Assembly: GCA_041674405.1 (NCBI GenBank)
Contig: JBAYVT010000004.1
Span: forward strand, 119,611 to 151,610
Length of the DNA: 32,000 bases
Direction: 5' to 3'
DNA from: Patescibacteria group bacterium
GTDB lineage: Bacteria > Patescibacteriota > UBA1384 > XYA2-FULL-43-10
Below the pieces are notes generated by a model. It was not told where the DNA came from and did no database searches. It worked only from the letters and a program-made list of their open reading frames with translations. This document shows positions 24,691 through 32,000 of this stretch, in pieces. How positions within the stretch are numbered: the stretch's first letter is position 1; each line of letters starts with the position of its first letter. A program made the translations under genes and the position numbers.

Positions 24691-24838
24691 GATCGCAAAG
24701 CGATCAACTCCGAGCCCCGAGCCGAAGGAGCCAATGCCTACCCGTTGAGTCTTCCCTTCGGGAAAGGGGACCCTTTGGGTCATGTCGAGGAGTGAACAAA
24801 CACTATGGCTCGAAGCAAACACCGCGTACCGCATGGTG

Positions 24839-24867
24839 TTGACAATATGTCAAGCAAACTTTACAAT
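24839..24867 (+). promoter_or_regulatory. groES-groEL promoter with overlapping palindrome
   Basis: TTGACA (24839-24844), a 17-nt spacer, then TACAAT (24862-24867), 31 nt upstream of the groES ATG. The -35 is part of the perfect palindrome TTGACA-ATA-TGTCAA (24839-24853). Confidence 0.65.
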
Positions 24868-24898
24868 TCATTTGCAAAATATTAATTTTGGAGGCATT

Positions 24899-25177
24899 AT
24901 GCTTAAACCACTTGGAGACAAGGTTCTGATCGAGCCGACATTGGCTGAAGAAAAAACAAAGTCTGGAATCATTATTCCTGACACTGCCAAAGAAGCCAAG
25001 GCAGAAGGCAAAGTTGTGGCACTTGGCACAGGTAAATTGCCTGAAGGTAAAAAACATGAGTTTTCGGTGAAGATTGGAGATAAAGTTCTCTACGGAAAAT
25101 ATTCCGGTGATGAAGTGAAGATTGATGGCAAAGAATACAAGGTTATGAAAGAGGATGAAATCCTCGGAATTTTCTAA
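24899..25177 (+). CDS. groES: Co-chaperonin GroES
   Basis: GGAGG lies 6 nt upstream of the ATG at 24899. MLKPLGDKVLIEP..KTKSGIIIPDTAKE.. is canonical GroES. The track ORF start at 24782 is an over-extension. Confidence 0.95.
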   Translation: MLKPLGDKVLIEPTLAEEKTKSGIIIPDTAKEAKAEGKVVALGTGKLPEGKKHEFSVKIGDKVLYGKYSGDEVKIDGKEYKVMKEDEILGIF

Positions 25178-25200
25178 TAGCTTGATAATAAGGAGAATAA

Positions 25201-26838
<1,638 letters not shown>

Positions 26839-26896
26839 ATCGCAAATAAATTTGCGAAATCAAAATTAAAAACTTAAAACTCAAAACTCTGGTAAA

Positions 26897-26931
26897 GCAA
26901 AAAGCCCCGGCGTAAACCGCGGGCTTTTTGC
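26897..26931. terminator. Bidirectional intrinsic terminator between groEL and the convergent PRC-barrel gene
   Basis: GCAAAAAGCCCCGGcgtaaaCCGCGGGCTTTTTGC is a GC stem flanked by an A-run and a T-run. Confidence 0.75.
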
Positions 26932-26945
26932 TTGGATAGCACTAT

Positions 26946-27491
26946 TTAGATAACTATACTTTTATCCAATTCCATCGCTGGGGTCTTGATCACCTCAAAA
27001 TCATCCTCGATTGTCATGCGTTTTCCCTCAAGTTTGACTACTGCATCCCGGCTTATTATTCGATCATTAAAGATTGATTTCACATAAAATTTTTCGATAG
27101 CGCCTGTTTCGTTGTGAAAGGTGTAGTCATAAACTTTTCCAATCAATTTGCCGGATTTTGTTCTGACGATCTGTCCGACACCAAACATTCGGTCTTTAAT
27201 CGCTTCAAAAACGCGAATTGATTCTTTGATTGGCACGGGGGAATTGTCATCGACAACCAGCACAGAACCTGAAGTAAATTCCTGAATGTCCGAGACGCTA
27301 ATTGCTTTTTTTTCATCGAAAAAGAATGCTCCCTCACGCATGATGACGGCTTTGACTGAGAGATCGCTTTTTTGAATTACAATATCCAAAACTCGGCCAA
27401 GCTTTTGGTAGCCTCGCATTTCATAAACAGGAGAATGGAGTATTTGAGTGTACCTAACAATCACGTTCCCTCCGGGAATGACGAATTTCAA
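26946..27491 (-). CDS. PRC-barrel domain protein (YlmC/YmxH-like, two PRC-like halves)
   Basis: Contains two segments of the pattern G..V....G..LG.V.D: MRGYQKLGRVLDIVI and FGVGQIVRTKSGKLIGKVYDYTF. The start is ambiguous: TTG at 27491 per the track, or GTG at 27464-27462, 4 nt after GGAGG. Confidence 0.6.
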   Translation of the reverse strand: MKFVIPGGNVIVRYTQILHSPVYEMRGYQKLGRVLDIVIQKSDLSVKAVIMREGAFFFDEKKAISVSDIQEFTSGSVLVVDDNSPVPIKESIRVFEAIKDRMFGVGQIVRTKSGKLIGKVYDYTFHNETGAIEKFYVKSIFNDRIISRDAVVKLEGKRMTIEDDFEVIKTPAMELDKSIVI

Positions 27492-27509
27492 ATTTCAAAC
27501 AAAATGTTT

Positions 27510-27562
27510 AATGACCAAATTTTTGAACTTCTAATTTGTCATTTTATTTGTCATTTGTCATT
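27510..27562. repeat. Cluster of TTTGTCATT repeats (three direct copies plus one near-inverted copy)
   Basis: TTTGTCATT at 27535-27543, 27547-27555 and 27554-27562. AATGACCAAA at 27510-27519 is a one-mismatch reverse complement. The cluster lies between the efp stop and the PRC-barrel gene start. Confidence 0.85.
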
Positions 27563-27585
27563 CGGATTTTGATATTAGAAAGAGA

Positions 27586-28143
27586 TTAGCCTCTTTCAAC
27601 ATAGCTTCCATCACGTGTATCTACTACAATTATATCACCAACATTGATAAAAAGTGGAGTATCAACGGAATTTCCGGTTTCAATAGTAACTTTTTTTGTC
27701 GCAGCGCCGGCGGTGTTGCCCCGAACAGAGGGCGGAGCTTCGGTCACCGCAAATTTGAGTTTGATTGGCAGGTCAATATTTATTGGAGAGCCATTAAAAT
27801 AGAGAATATCAACTTCTGAATTTTCGCTCATAAAATGAATCTGGTTGCCAATTTGGGGAAGTGCGATCGTAAATTGATCATAGGTTGAATTATCCATAAA
27901 ATTGGCATTGGAATCATCTGCATAGAGAAAAGTCGCTTTTTTCTTTTCGAGGTTGGCTTCATCTAATTTTTCAGCGCCCTGAAATGTTTTATCAAGCACG
28001 GCGCCGGATTTTAGGTTTTTGATTTTAATTTTAACGACCGATCCACCTCTGCCCATTTTTGATTGGGAGTATGACAAAACCTCATAAGGATCGCCCATAT
28101 ATGTAAGTTTGGTACCAGATTTTAGATCTGTAATTGAAAGCAT
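27586..28143 (-). CDS. efp: Translation elongation factor P
   Basis: 185 aa. MLSITDLKSGTKLTYMGDPYEVLSYSQSKMGRGGSVVKIKIKNL is canonical EF-P, including the KMGRGG loop. Confidence 0.93.
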   Translation of the reverse strand: MLSITDLKSGTKLTYMGDPYEVLSYSQSKMGRGGSVVKIKIKNLKSGAVLDKTFQGAEKLDEANLEKKKATFLYADDSNANFMDNSTYDQFTIALPQIGNQIHFMSENSEVDILYFNGSPINIDLPIKLKFAVTEAPPSVRGNTAGAATKKVTIETGNSVDTPLFINVGDIIVVDTRDGSYVERG

Positions 28144-28145
28144 AG

Positions 28146-28205
28146 CTTGATATCAAGTATAAAGTAACATGTATCAATCTTGATTCTTGATACTTAATTC
28201 TTGAT
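28146..28205. repeat. CTTGAT half-site array upstream of efp
   Basis: The perfect 12-bp palindrome CTTGATATCAAG (28146-28157) abuts the efp ATG. TCTTGAT occurs at 28178-28184, 28185-28191 and 28199-28205. Confidence 0.85.
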
Positions 28206-28215
28206 CCTGGTTGAA

Positions 28216-28440
28216 TTATTTAATTGTAAATGGTAGCAGTGCCAAATGTCTTGCGCGTTTGATGGCAACTGTCATCCAGCGCTGATGCTTGGCGCAATTG
28301 CCGTTTCTGCCGGCGGAATCAATTTTATTCCATCGGTTGAGATAACGAGAAAGAGTAGCAACATCTTTGTAATCGATCTCGGCTACCTTGGCTTTGCAAA
28401 AATTACATTTTTTTCTCATTGGTCTGAAGTCTTTTGCCAT
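28216..28440 (-). CDS. rpsR: 30S ribosomal protein S18
   Basis: 74 aa. CNFCKAKVAEIDYKDVATLSRYL..GRNGNCAKHQRWMTVAIKRARHLALLPF is the canonical S18 pattern. Confidence 0.93.
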   Translation of the reverse strand: MAKDFRPMRKKCNFCKAKVAEIDYKDVATLSRYLNRWNKIDSAGRNGNCAKHQRWMTVAIKRARHLALLPFTIK

Positions 28441-28451
28441 TTGTTTCCTTT

Positions 28452-28485
28452 AGCTTCTAGCTGTCAGCTTCTAGCTGTCAGCTTA
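28452..28485. repeat. Short tandem repeat AGCTTCTAGCTGTC x2 plus a partial copy in the ssb-rpsR spacer
   Basis: The sequence reads tAGCTTCTAGCTGTCAGCTTCTAGCTGTCAGCTTATC. Each unit contains the small palindrome GCTGTCAGC. Confidence 0.85.
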
Positions 28486-28535
28486 TCTTGTTATTTTTTA
28501 TGCTCTGCAAGCTCGACAGCTGATCGCTGCAAGCT

Positions 28536-29024
28536 TTAGAATGGTATCTCTTCTATGTCGATTTCTTCCATATCGTCTGCTGAATTTGCTGGCTTGTCTG
28601 CCTTGCCTTTGCTGTCAGACGGTGCGATGTCATCTACAGGGTTTGAATCCTTGGGCACATAAGTGCTTCCATCTCCGCGGCTGGAAAGTGCAATTACCAG
28701 GTCGGCGATGATCTCTGTTTTGTATCTTTTTACGCCATCTTGCCCTTCCCAGTTTCTGGTTTGAAGGCGGCCTTCAACATAAGCGGGGGCACCTTTCTTC
28801 AAAATCTGTGTTAGGTTTTCGGCTTGTTTACCCCAGACGACGATGTCATGGTATTCGGTAGCTTCACCAGCTTCGCCATCCTTACTGGTCCAGCGCCTAT
28901 TTGTTGCTACAGTAAAGTTTGTTACTGCTTGGCCATTTGGCGTGTATCTCATCTCTGGATCGCGTGTTAAATTTCCAATAATCTGTGCTCGATTTAGATT
29001 TAACATTTTATCCTCCCACCGCAT
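28536..29024 (-). CDS. ssb: Single-stranded DNA-binding protein
   Basis: 162 aa. The OB-fold start LNRAQIIGNLTRDPEMRYTPNGQAVTNFTVATNRRW and the acidic tip DIEEIPF are characteristic of SSB. Confidence 0.93.
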   Translation of the reverse strand: MRWEDKMLNLNRAQIIGNLTRDPEMRYTPNGQAVTNFTVATNRRWTSKDGEAGEATEYHDIVVWGKQAENLTQILKKGAPAYVEGRLQTRNWEGQDGVKRYKTEIIADLVIALSSRGDGSTYVPKDSNPVDDIAPSDSKGKADKPANSADDMEEIDIEEIPF

Positions 29025-29036
29025 TGCGGTTAATAA

Positions 29037-29867
29037 TTAGAGGTCGTCGCCGAGAATGTCGTCGAGCTCTTTATCGAGCTTGGCGAGCCTATCGGCTTCA
29101 TCTTCTACATTATCACTTTTTACCGCTTTTGTTTTAACTTTTCCGACCGCGGCTTCGGCCTTGGCCGAGACGGGTGGTTTGTCGGATGTCTTGGTAGAAG
29201 CTGTTTTGGCCGTAGGTTTTTTCGGAGTTTCTTTCTTTATTTTCTTCTCTTCTTTTTTAACCTCTCCCGCTTCCTCTTTCACTTCCTCTGTTTTTTTTGC
29301 GCGAGGCTTTCGTGCCTTTTTCTCTTCAGCCTTCACTTCCTCTTTAACTTTCAGCTCTTCTGCAGGCTTTTCTTCGGCTGCTTCTTCCGCTGGCAATTCT
29401 TCCTCTGTCTTGGTTTCTTCCGATTCCTCTTCAATTTTTTCTTCATCGCGCTTAGCCATGAGGTCGTAACTTTCTTCGGTTTCGCCCTCAATTGCCTCAA
29501 AGCTCTTCTCACCGCCGACAACTTCCTCAATTTCTTCTGTTTCGGCAATATCCTCAGCAGTCAAAGTGAGTTCTTCTTTGCCAAAGTCGCGCACGATTGT
29601 TAAATGCCGCAAAATTTCCGGTGCATGCATAATATCTTTTTCAATCTCGCGCAAATTCTCGGGTTCAAGCTCAAAATTGAGAGTAATGTAGGTTGCAAAC
29701 TGCTGCTTCTTTATTGGATAGGCAAGTTTGCGTCTGCCCCAACTCTCTTCCTTAAGCACTTTTCCTTTGGCATCGGCAATATAGCCGTTCACCTTGCCGG
29801 ACACCTTGTTGATGTCTCCCTCTGGAACATCATCAGAAATCAAATACGTAAGCTCGTATTGTCGCAT
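29037..29867 (-). CDS. rpsF: 30S ribosomal protein S6 with a C-terminal Glu/Lys-rich extension of about 170 aa
   Basis: The N-terminal about 100 aa, MRQYELTYLISDDV..WGRRKLAYPIKK..ATYITLNFE, is canonical S6. The remainder is low-complexity E/K/A-rich sequence ending in DKELDDILGDDL. Confidence 0.9.
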   Translation of the reverse strand: MRQYELTYLISDDVPEGDINKVSGKVNGYIADAKGKVLKEESWGRRKLAYPIKKQQFATYITLNFELEPENLREIEKDIMHAPEILRHLTIVRDFGKEELTLTAEDIAETEEIEEVVGGEKSFEAIEGETEESYDLMAKRDEEKIEEESEETKTEEELPAEEAAEEKPAEELKVKEEVKAEEKKARKPRAKKTEEVKEEAGEVKKEEKKIKKETPKKPTAKTASTKTSDKPPVSAKAEAAVGKVKTKAVKSDNVEDEADRLAKLDKELDDILGDDL

Positions 29868-30040
29868 AAATCTCCTTGTTTCTATCGCTTTCTTGGCACC
29901 CTTGATCCCATGAGATGGGAGGGTTCCCCTAAGGGGAAAAAGCTGTGTTGTTAAGAACAGATGTTCGCCATGAACTTCCTAGGATCCCGTCCGATCCCTC
30001 CACTCGAAAGTTCATGGCGCCTTATCCGTTCTCGATAAGC
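29868..30040 (-). promoter_or_regulatory. Structured 5' leader of the rpsF-ssb-rpsR operon (possible S6:S18 autoregulatory leader)
   Basis: About 173 nt between the predicted TSS and the rpsF ATG. It has a perfect 12-bp helix, CGCCATGAACTT (29966-29977) pairing with AAGTTCATGGCG (30008-30019). Further hairpins are CTTATC/GATAAG, CCCC-tta-GGGG and ACCCT-CCCAT-ctc-ATGGG-atca-AGGGT. Confidence 0.5.
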
Positions 30041-30046
30041 ATGCTC

Positions 30047-30075
30047 ATACTAGCAAGTTTGATCGTGTTTGTCAA
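30047..30075 (-). promoter_or_regulatory. rpsF operon promoter
   Basis: Minus strand reads TTGACA (30075-30070), a 17-nt spacer, then TAGTAT (30052-30047). Confidence 0.65.
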
Positions 30076-30093
30076 TGCTTTAGCGGAGATATT

Positions 30094-31140
30094 TTATGTA
30101 ACAAAATTTTCATGGTGAGCGAGGATTTTTTTCATTTCAATGTCAATATCGCCGCCATCGATCAGCGATTTGGCAGCTGCGAGATAGGGAAATTGCTCGG
30201 CAATCATTTTCTTCGGCATCTTCTTATGTACGGCCGAATAAATCGAGCTTACATTTGTAATGCATTCGGAAACGCCTTCGGTAACCTTCTTTCTTGATTC
30301 CTCAAGGCTAAATTTCTTGCCCATGAAGTGCCCGAGGGCGAAGTTGCGGCTTGAGTCAGATTCGCAGAGCTTAAGGTCAGCTTCGATGATGCGAAAAACC
30401 TTGGATCCGATGCGATGGATTTCCTTTGATGCACCCAATTCTCGCGCCAGCAGTTTAGCTTCCTGTCCGATGGCAGAAAAAGTAATTGCAATCGTGGAGA
30501 CCGGTGGTTTACGATGCATCATACGCTCGAAATAGCCGTATACAAAACCCTGTTCGAATGAAGCGATCGTGCGTAGCGCATTGTGAATGTTGACGCCAAA
30601 AACATCGCTTGAGCAGGTCGGCCAGATATTTGAACCAGAGAAAAGTTTTGCGAAATCATATGCTACAGATTTGTTTCTTGGGTGATGGACGACGATCATG
30701 CCAGCAGGAGCCTTGTCGGCGAGATCTTTGGCAAATCCAGCTCCGGTGAATTGGATAACCCGCGCCTTTGGATATACTTTACGCGCGACGTCGGTAGGGG
30801 TGGTGAGATCGGGAAGCATGCCTTTTTGAATCAAAACTAACGTGGAATGGTTGGAATAATTTAGCCGCTCAAGCGTACCGGCAATCCCGCTCATCGAGCT
30901 TGAAATAATCACAAAATCATAATTTTTCGAGTTCAGCTTAGGCTCAAGCGATAATTTCAGATTTTTTGGGAATTTGTGGTTGGCAAGGAAGGGATAGCGA
31001 TCACTTTTTCCGATTTTTTGCCAATGTTTGATCAAATTTTTGTCAATATCCCAAAGCGTAATATCGTGCCTGTTGCGTGCAAGTACAAGTGCAAGTGCTG
31101 TACCGAATCCTCCCGCCCCCATAATGGCAATTTTTTTCAT
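30094..31140 (-). CDS. gpsA: NAD(P)H-dependent glycerol-3-phosphate dehydrogenase-like protein
   Basis: The N-terminus MKKIAIMGAGGFGTALALVLARNRHDITLW closely follows the GpsA Rossmann start. The C-terminal half is more divergent, so substrate assignment is tentative. Confidence 0.6.
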   Translation of the reverse strand: MKKIAIMGAGGFGTALALVLARNRHDITLWDIDKNLIKHWQKIGKSDRYPFLANHKFPKNLKLSLEPKLNSKNYDFVIISSSMSGIAGTLERLNYSNHSTLVLIQKGMLPDLTTPTDVARKVYPKARVIQFTGAGFAKDLADKAPAGMIVVHHPRNKSVAYDFAKLFSGSNIWPTCSSDVFGVNIHNALRTIASFEQGFVYGYFERMMHRKPPVSTIAITFSAIGQEAKLLARELGASKEIHRIGSKVFRIIEADLKLCESDSSRNFALGHFMGKKFSLEESRKKVTEGVSECITNVSSIYSAVHKKMPKKMIAEQFPYLAAAKSLIDGGDIDIEMKKILAHHENFVT

Positions 31141-31146
31141 GAGTTT

Positions 31147-31175
31147 ATAATACTTGTTAATTATTGCTGTGTAAA
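31147..31175 (-). promoter_or_regulatory. Promoter of the gpsA-like gene; the predicted TSS is at or within a few nt of the ATG (leaderless or near-leaderless)
   Basis: Minus strand reads TTTACA (31175-31170), a 17-nt spacer, then TATTAT (31152-31147). Only 6 nt (AAACTC) separate the -10 from the ATG, and there is no SD. Confidence 0.45.
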
Positions 31176-31182
31176 CGCGAGC

Positions 31183-31216
31183 TGAAACACGAGACCCCAG
31201 CCGGGGATGGCTGGGG
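31183..31216 (-). terminator. Intrinsic terminator after the GC-rich block-C gene
   Basis: Minus strand reads CCCCAGCC-atcccc-GGCTGGGG (31216-31195) followed by TCTCGTGTTTC. Confidence 0.65.
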
Positions 31217-31247
31217 CTCGAATCTTGAAGCGTAGAGCGGGGATGCC

Positions 31248-32000
31248 CTAAGCGCTGAGTAATGCTACTATGTCCAGTTCGTCGGTGTCGACGAAGATCT
31301 CTGCCTCGCTGACTTCGGAGGGTTCGGGGACGAAACCAAGCTTGTCGCCAAGCTCGGCGTAATACTTCATGTCAGCCAGCCTGACTTTGGCTCCTCTTGA
31401 GGCGTGTTCGGCAGCGCCCTCGAGGTCGTACGCATCCATAATGGTCTCCACCACGCAGGCAGGAACCCTAGGATTACCATCTTCGTCGTACCCGAAATGC
31501 CAGTTGACTCCACTCTTGATCTGCTCCCCCTCTTTGTGCGGTAGCTTCACCGGGCCGCAGCACACGAGTCTGAAGTCCATTTCGGGATGTTCCTTGAGAA
31601 TCCTGCGGTCGAAGTTGGCCGGGGTAGCCGTATCGATGAATACGGTGCCAGGCTTGTAGTTCAGGCAGTTCTCAAGGGTGATGATGGGCTTGTCGGAGTT
31701 GGTGACGAGTATGACGATGTCGGCATCGAACCCGTCTCGGGGATCGGTAGAGATGCGGGTGGTTTTGGCAAAACCACGTAGCTTCTCTTCGTTGCGGCCT
31801 ATGGCAGTCACCTGCGCGCAGACCGATTCCAGGTAGGTCGTTGTGATCCGGCCGATAAAGCCGGAGGCGCCATAAATGGCAGCCTTAGCCATGTTCAGAG
31901 GCACCCTGGTTTTTTGCCCGGCGGCGCGTACTGTAGTGACAGAGGTGTATGCCGCGCCGTTCTCAATGGTACTGCCCAGGTTGCGTTTGTTGGTCCATGC
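31248..32000 (-). CDS. COG5322-type NAD(P)-binding oxidoreductase (acyl-ACP-reductase-like fold family); the N-terminus runs off the window
   Basis: GC-rich. The reading frame stays open from 32000, reading AWTNKRNLGSTIENGAAYTSVTTVRAAGQ.. ahead of the track start. Rossmann motif AAIYGASGFIGR. The block order resembles cyanobacterial acyl-ACP reductase as I recall it: T-G-N-x-x-TA.. then V-G-A-T/S-G-x-IG, A/GRN-x-E-x-L, DADIV.., ..IDxxxPxN.. and a C-terminal ..AC..E..... segment. Confidence 0.5.
   Translation of the reverse strand, partial: AWTNKRNLGSTIENGAAYTSVTTVRAAGQKTRVPLNMAKAAIYGASGFIGRITTTYLESVCAQVTAIGRNEEKLRGFAKTTRISTDPRDGFDADIVILVTNSDKPIITLENCLNYKPGTVFIDTATPANFDRRILKEHPEMDFRLVCCGPVKLPHKEGEQIKSGVNWHFGYDEDGNPRVPACVVETIMDAYDLEGAAEHASRGAKVRLADMKYYAELGDKLGFVPEPSEVSEAEIFVDTDELDIVALLSA

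Noticed and set aside
24711-24745. SRP (4.5S) RNA-like string CCGAAGGAGCCAATGCC
   Set aside because: It resembles CCGGAAGGAAGCAGCCAAGGC of SRP helix 8 but lacks the AAGC/symmetric-loop nucleotides essential for Ffh binding. It also lacks the complementary 5' arm.
24770-24800. tmRNA-like 5' end GGGGACCCTTTGGGTCATGTCGAGG
   Set aside because: Only about 100 nt remain before the groES promoter. There is no tag ORF and no T-arm or CCA-proximal acceptor sequence.
24782-24898. N-terminal extensions offered by the ORF track: groES from 24782, flippase from 4328, FG-GAP from 6199, lipoproteins from 12382, 13382 and 14167
   Set aside because: The extensions lack SDs, overlap promoters or upstream genes, and precede canonical N-termini (MLKPLGDK.., signal peptides) that have proper SDs.
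28452-28485. Tandem 14-bp repeats considered as a mini CRISPR or other array
   Set aside because: There are only about 2.5 directly abutting copies with no spacers. The repeats lie inside the ssb-rpsR operon spacer and are probably a small hairpin-forming duplication.

Overview
By eye the backbone is low-GC (about 40%), compact and gene-dense, and looks Patescibacteria/CPR-like. That taxonomic guess is an inference from protein style, not a computed result.

Backbone content:
- 1-11.56 kb is a cell-envelope glycan locus made of two divergent operons. The minus-strand operon encodes a TPR anchor, a secreted FG-GAP propeller, a Wzx-like flippase, two GT2 enzymes and a LarA-like protein. The plus-strand operon encodes three tandem O-antigen-ligase-like paralogues and a GT4.
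- 14.25-31.14 kb carries a degenerate membrane-pyrophosphatase-like protein with a coupled DUF3006 ORF, a VanW protein and a Ca-type P-type ATPase. It also carries pyrG-GNAT, a nucleotidyltransferase, groES-groEL, a PRC-barrel protein, efp, rpsF-ssb-rpsR and a gpsA-like gene.

The backbone is interrupted by three sharply bounded GC-rich blocks (roughly 60% or more by eye). All three read on the minus strand, and each ends in a GC-rich hairpin:
- (A) 11.57-14.15 kb is an orphan operon of three lipoproteins (two are paralogues) plus a 34-aa membrane peptide. Its intergenic regions are heavily structured.
- (B) 18.28-18.81 kb is a block of about 530 nt with no credible ORF but its own promoter and terminal hairpin. 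I read it as a candidate large structured ncRNA of unknown class.
- (C) 31.18 kb to the window end holds a COG5322/acyl-ACP-reductase-like oxidoreductase.

I recognised no rRNA, tRNA, CRISPR array, transposase or integrase. All GC statements are visual estimates. All homology statements are motif recognition from memory, not database searches.
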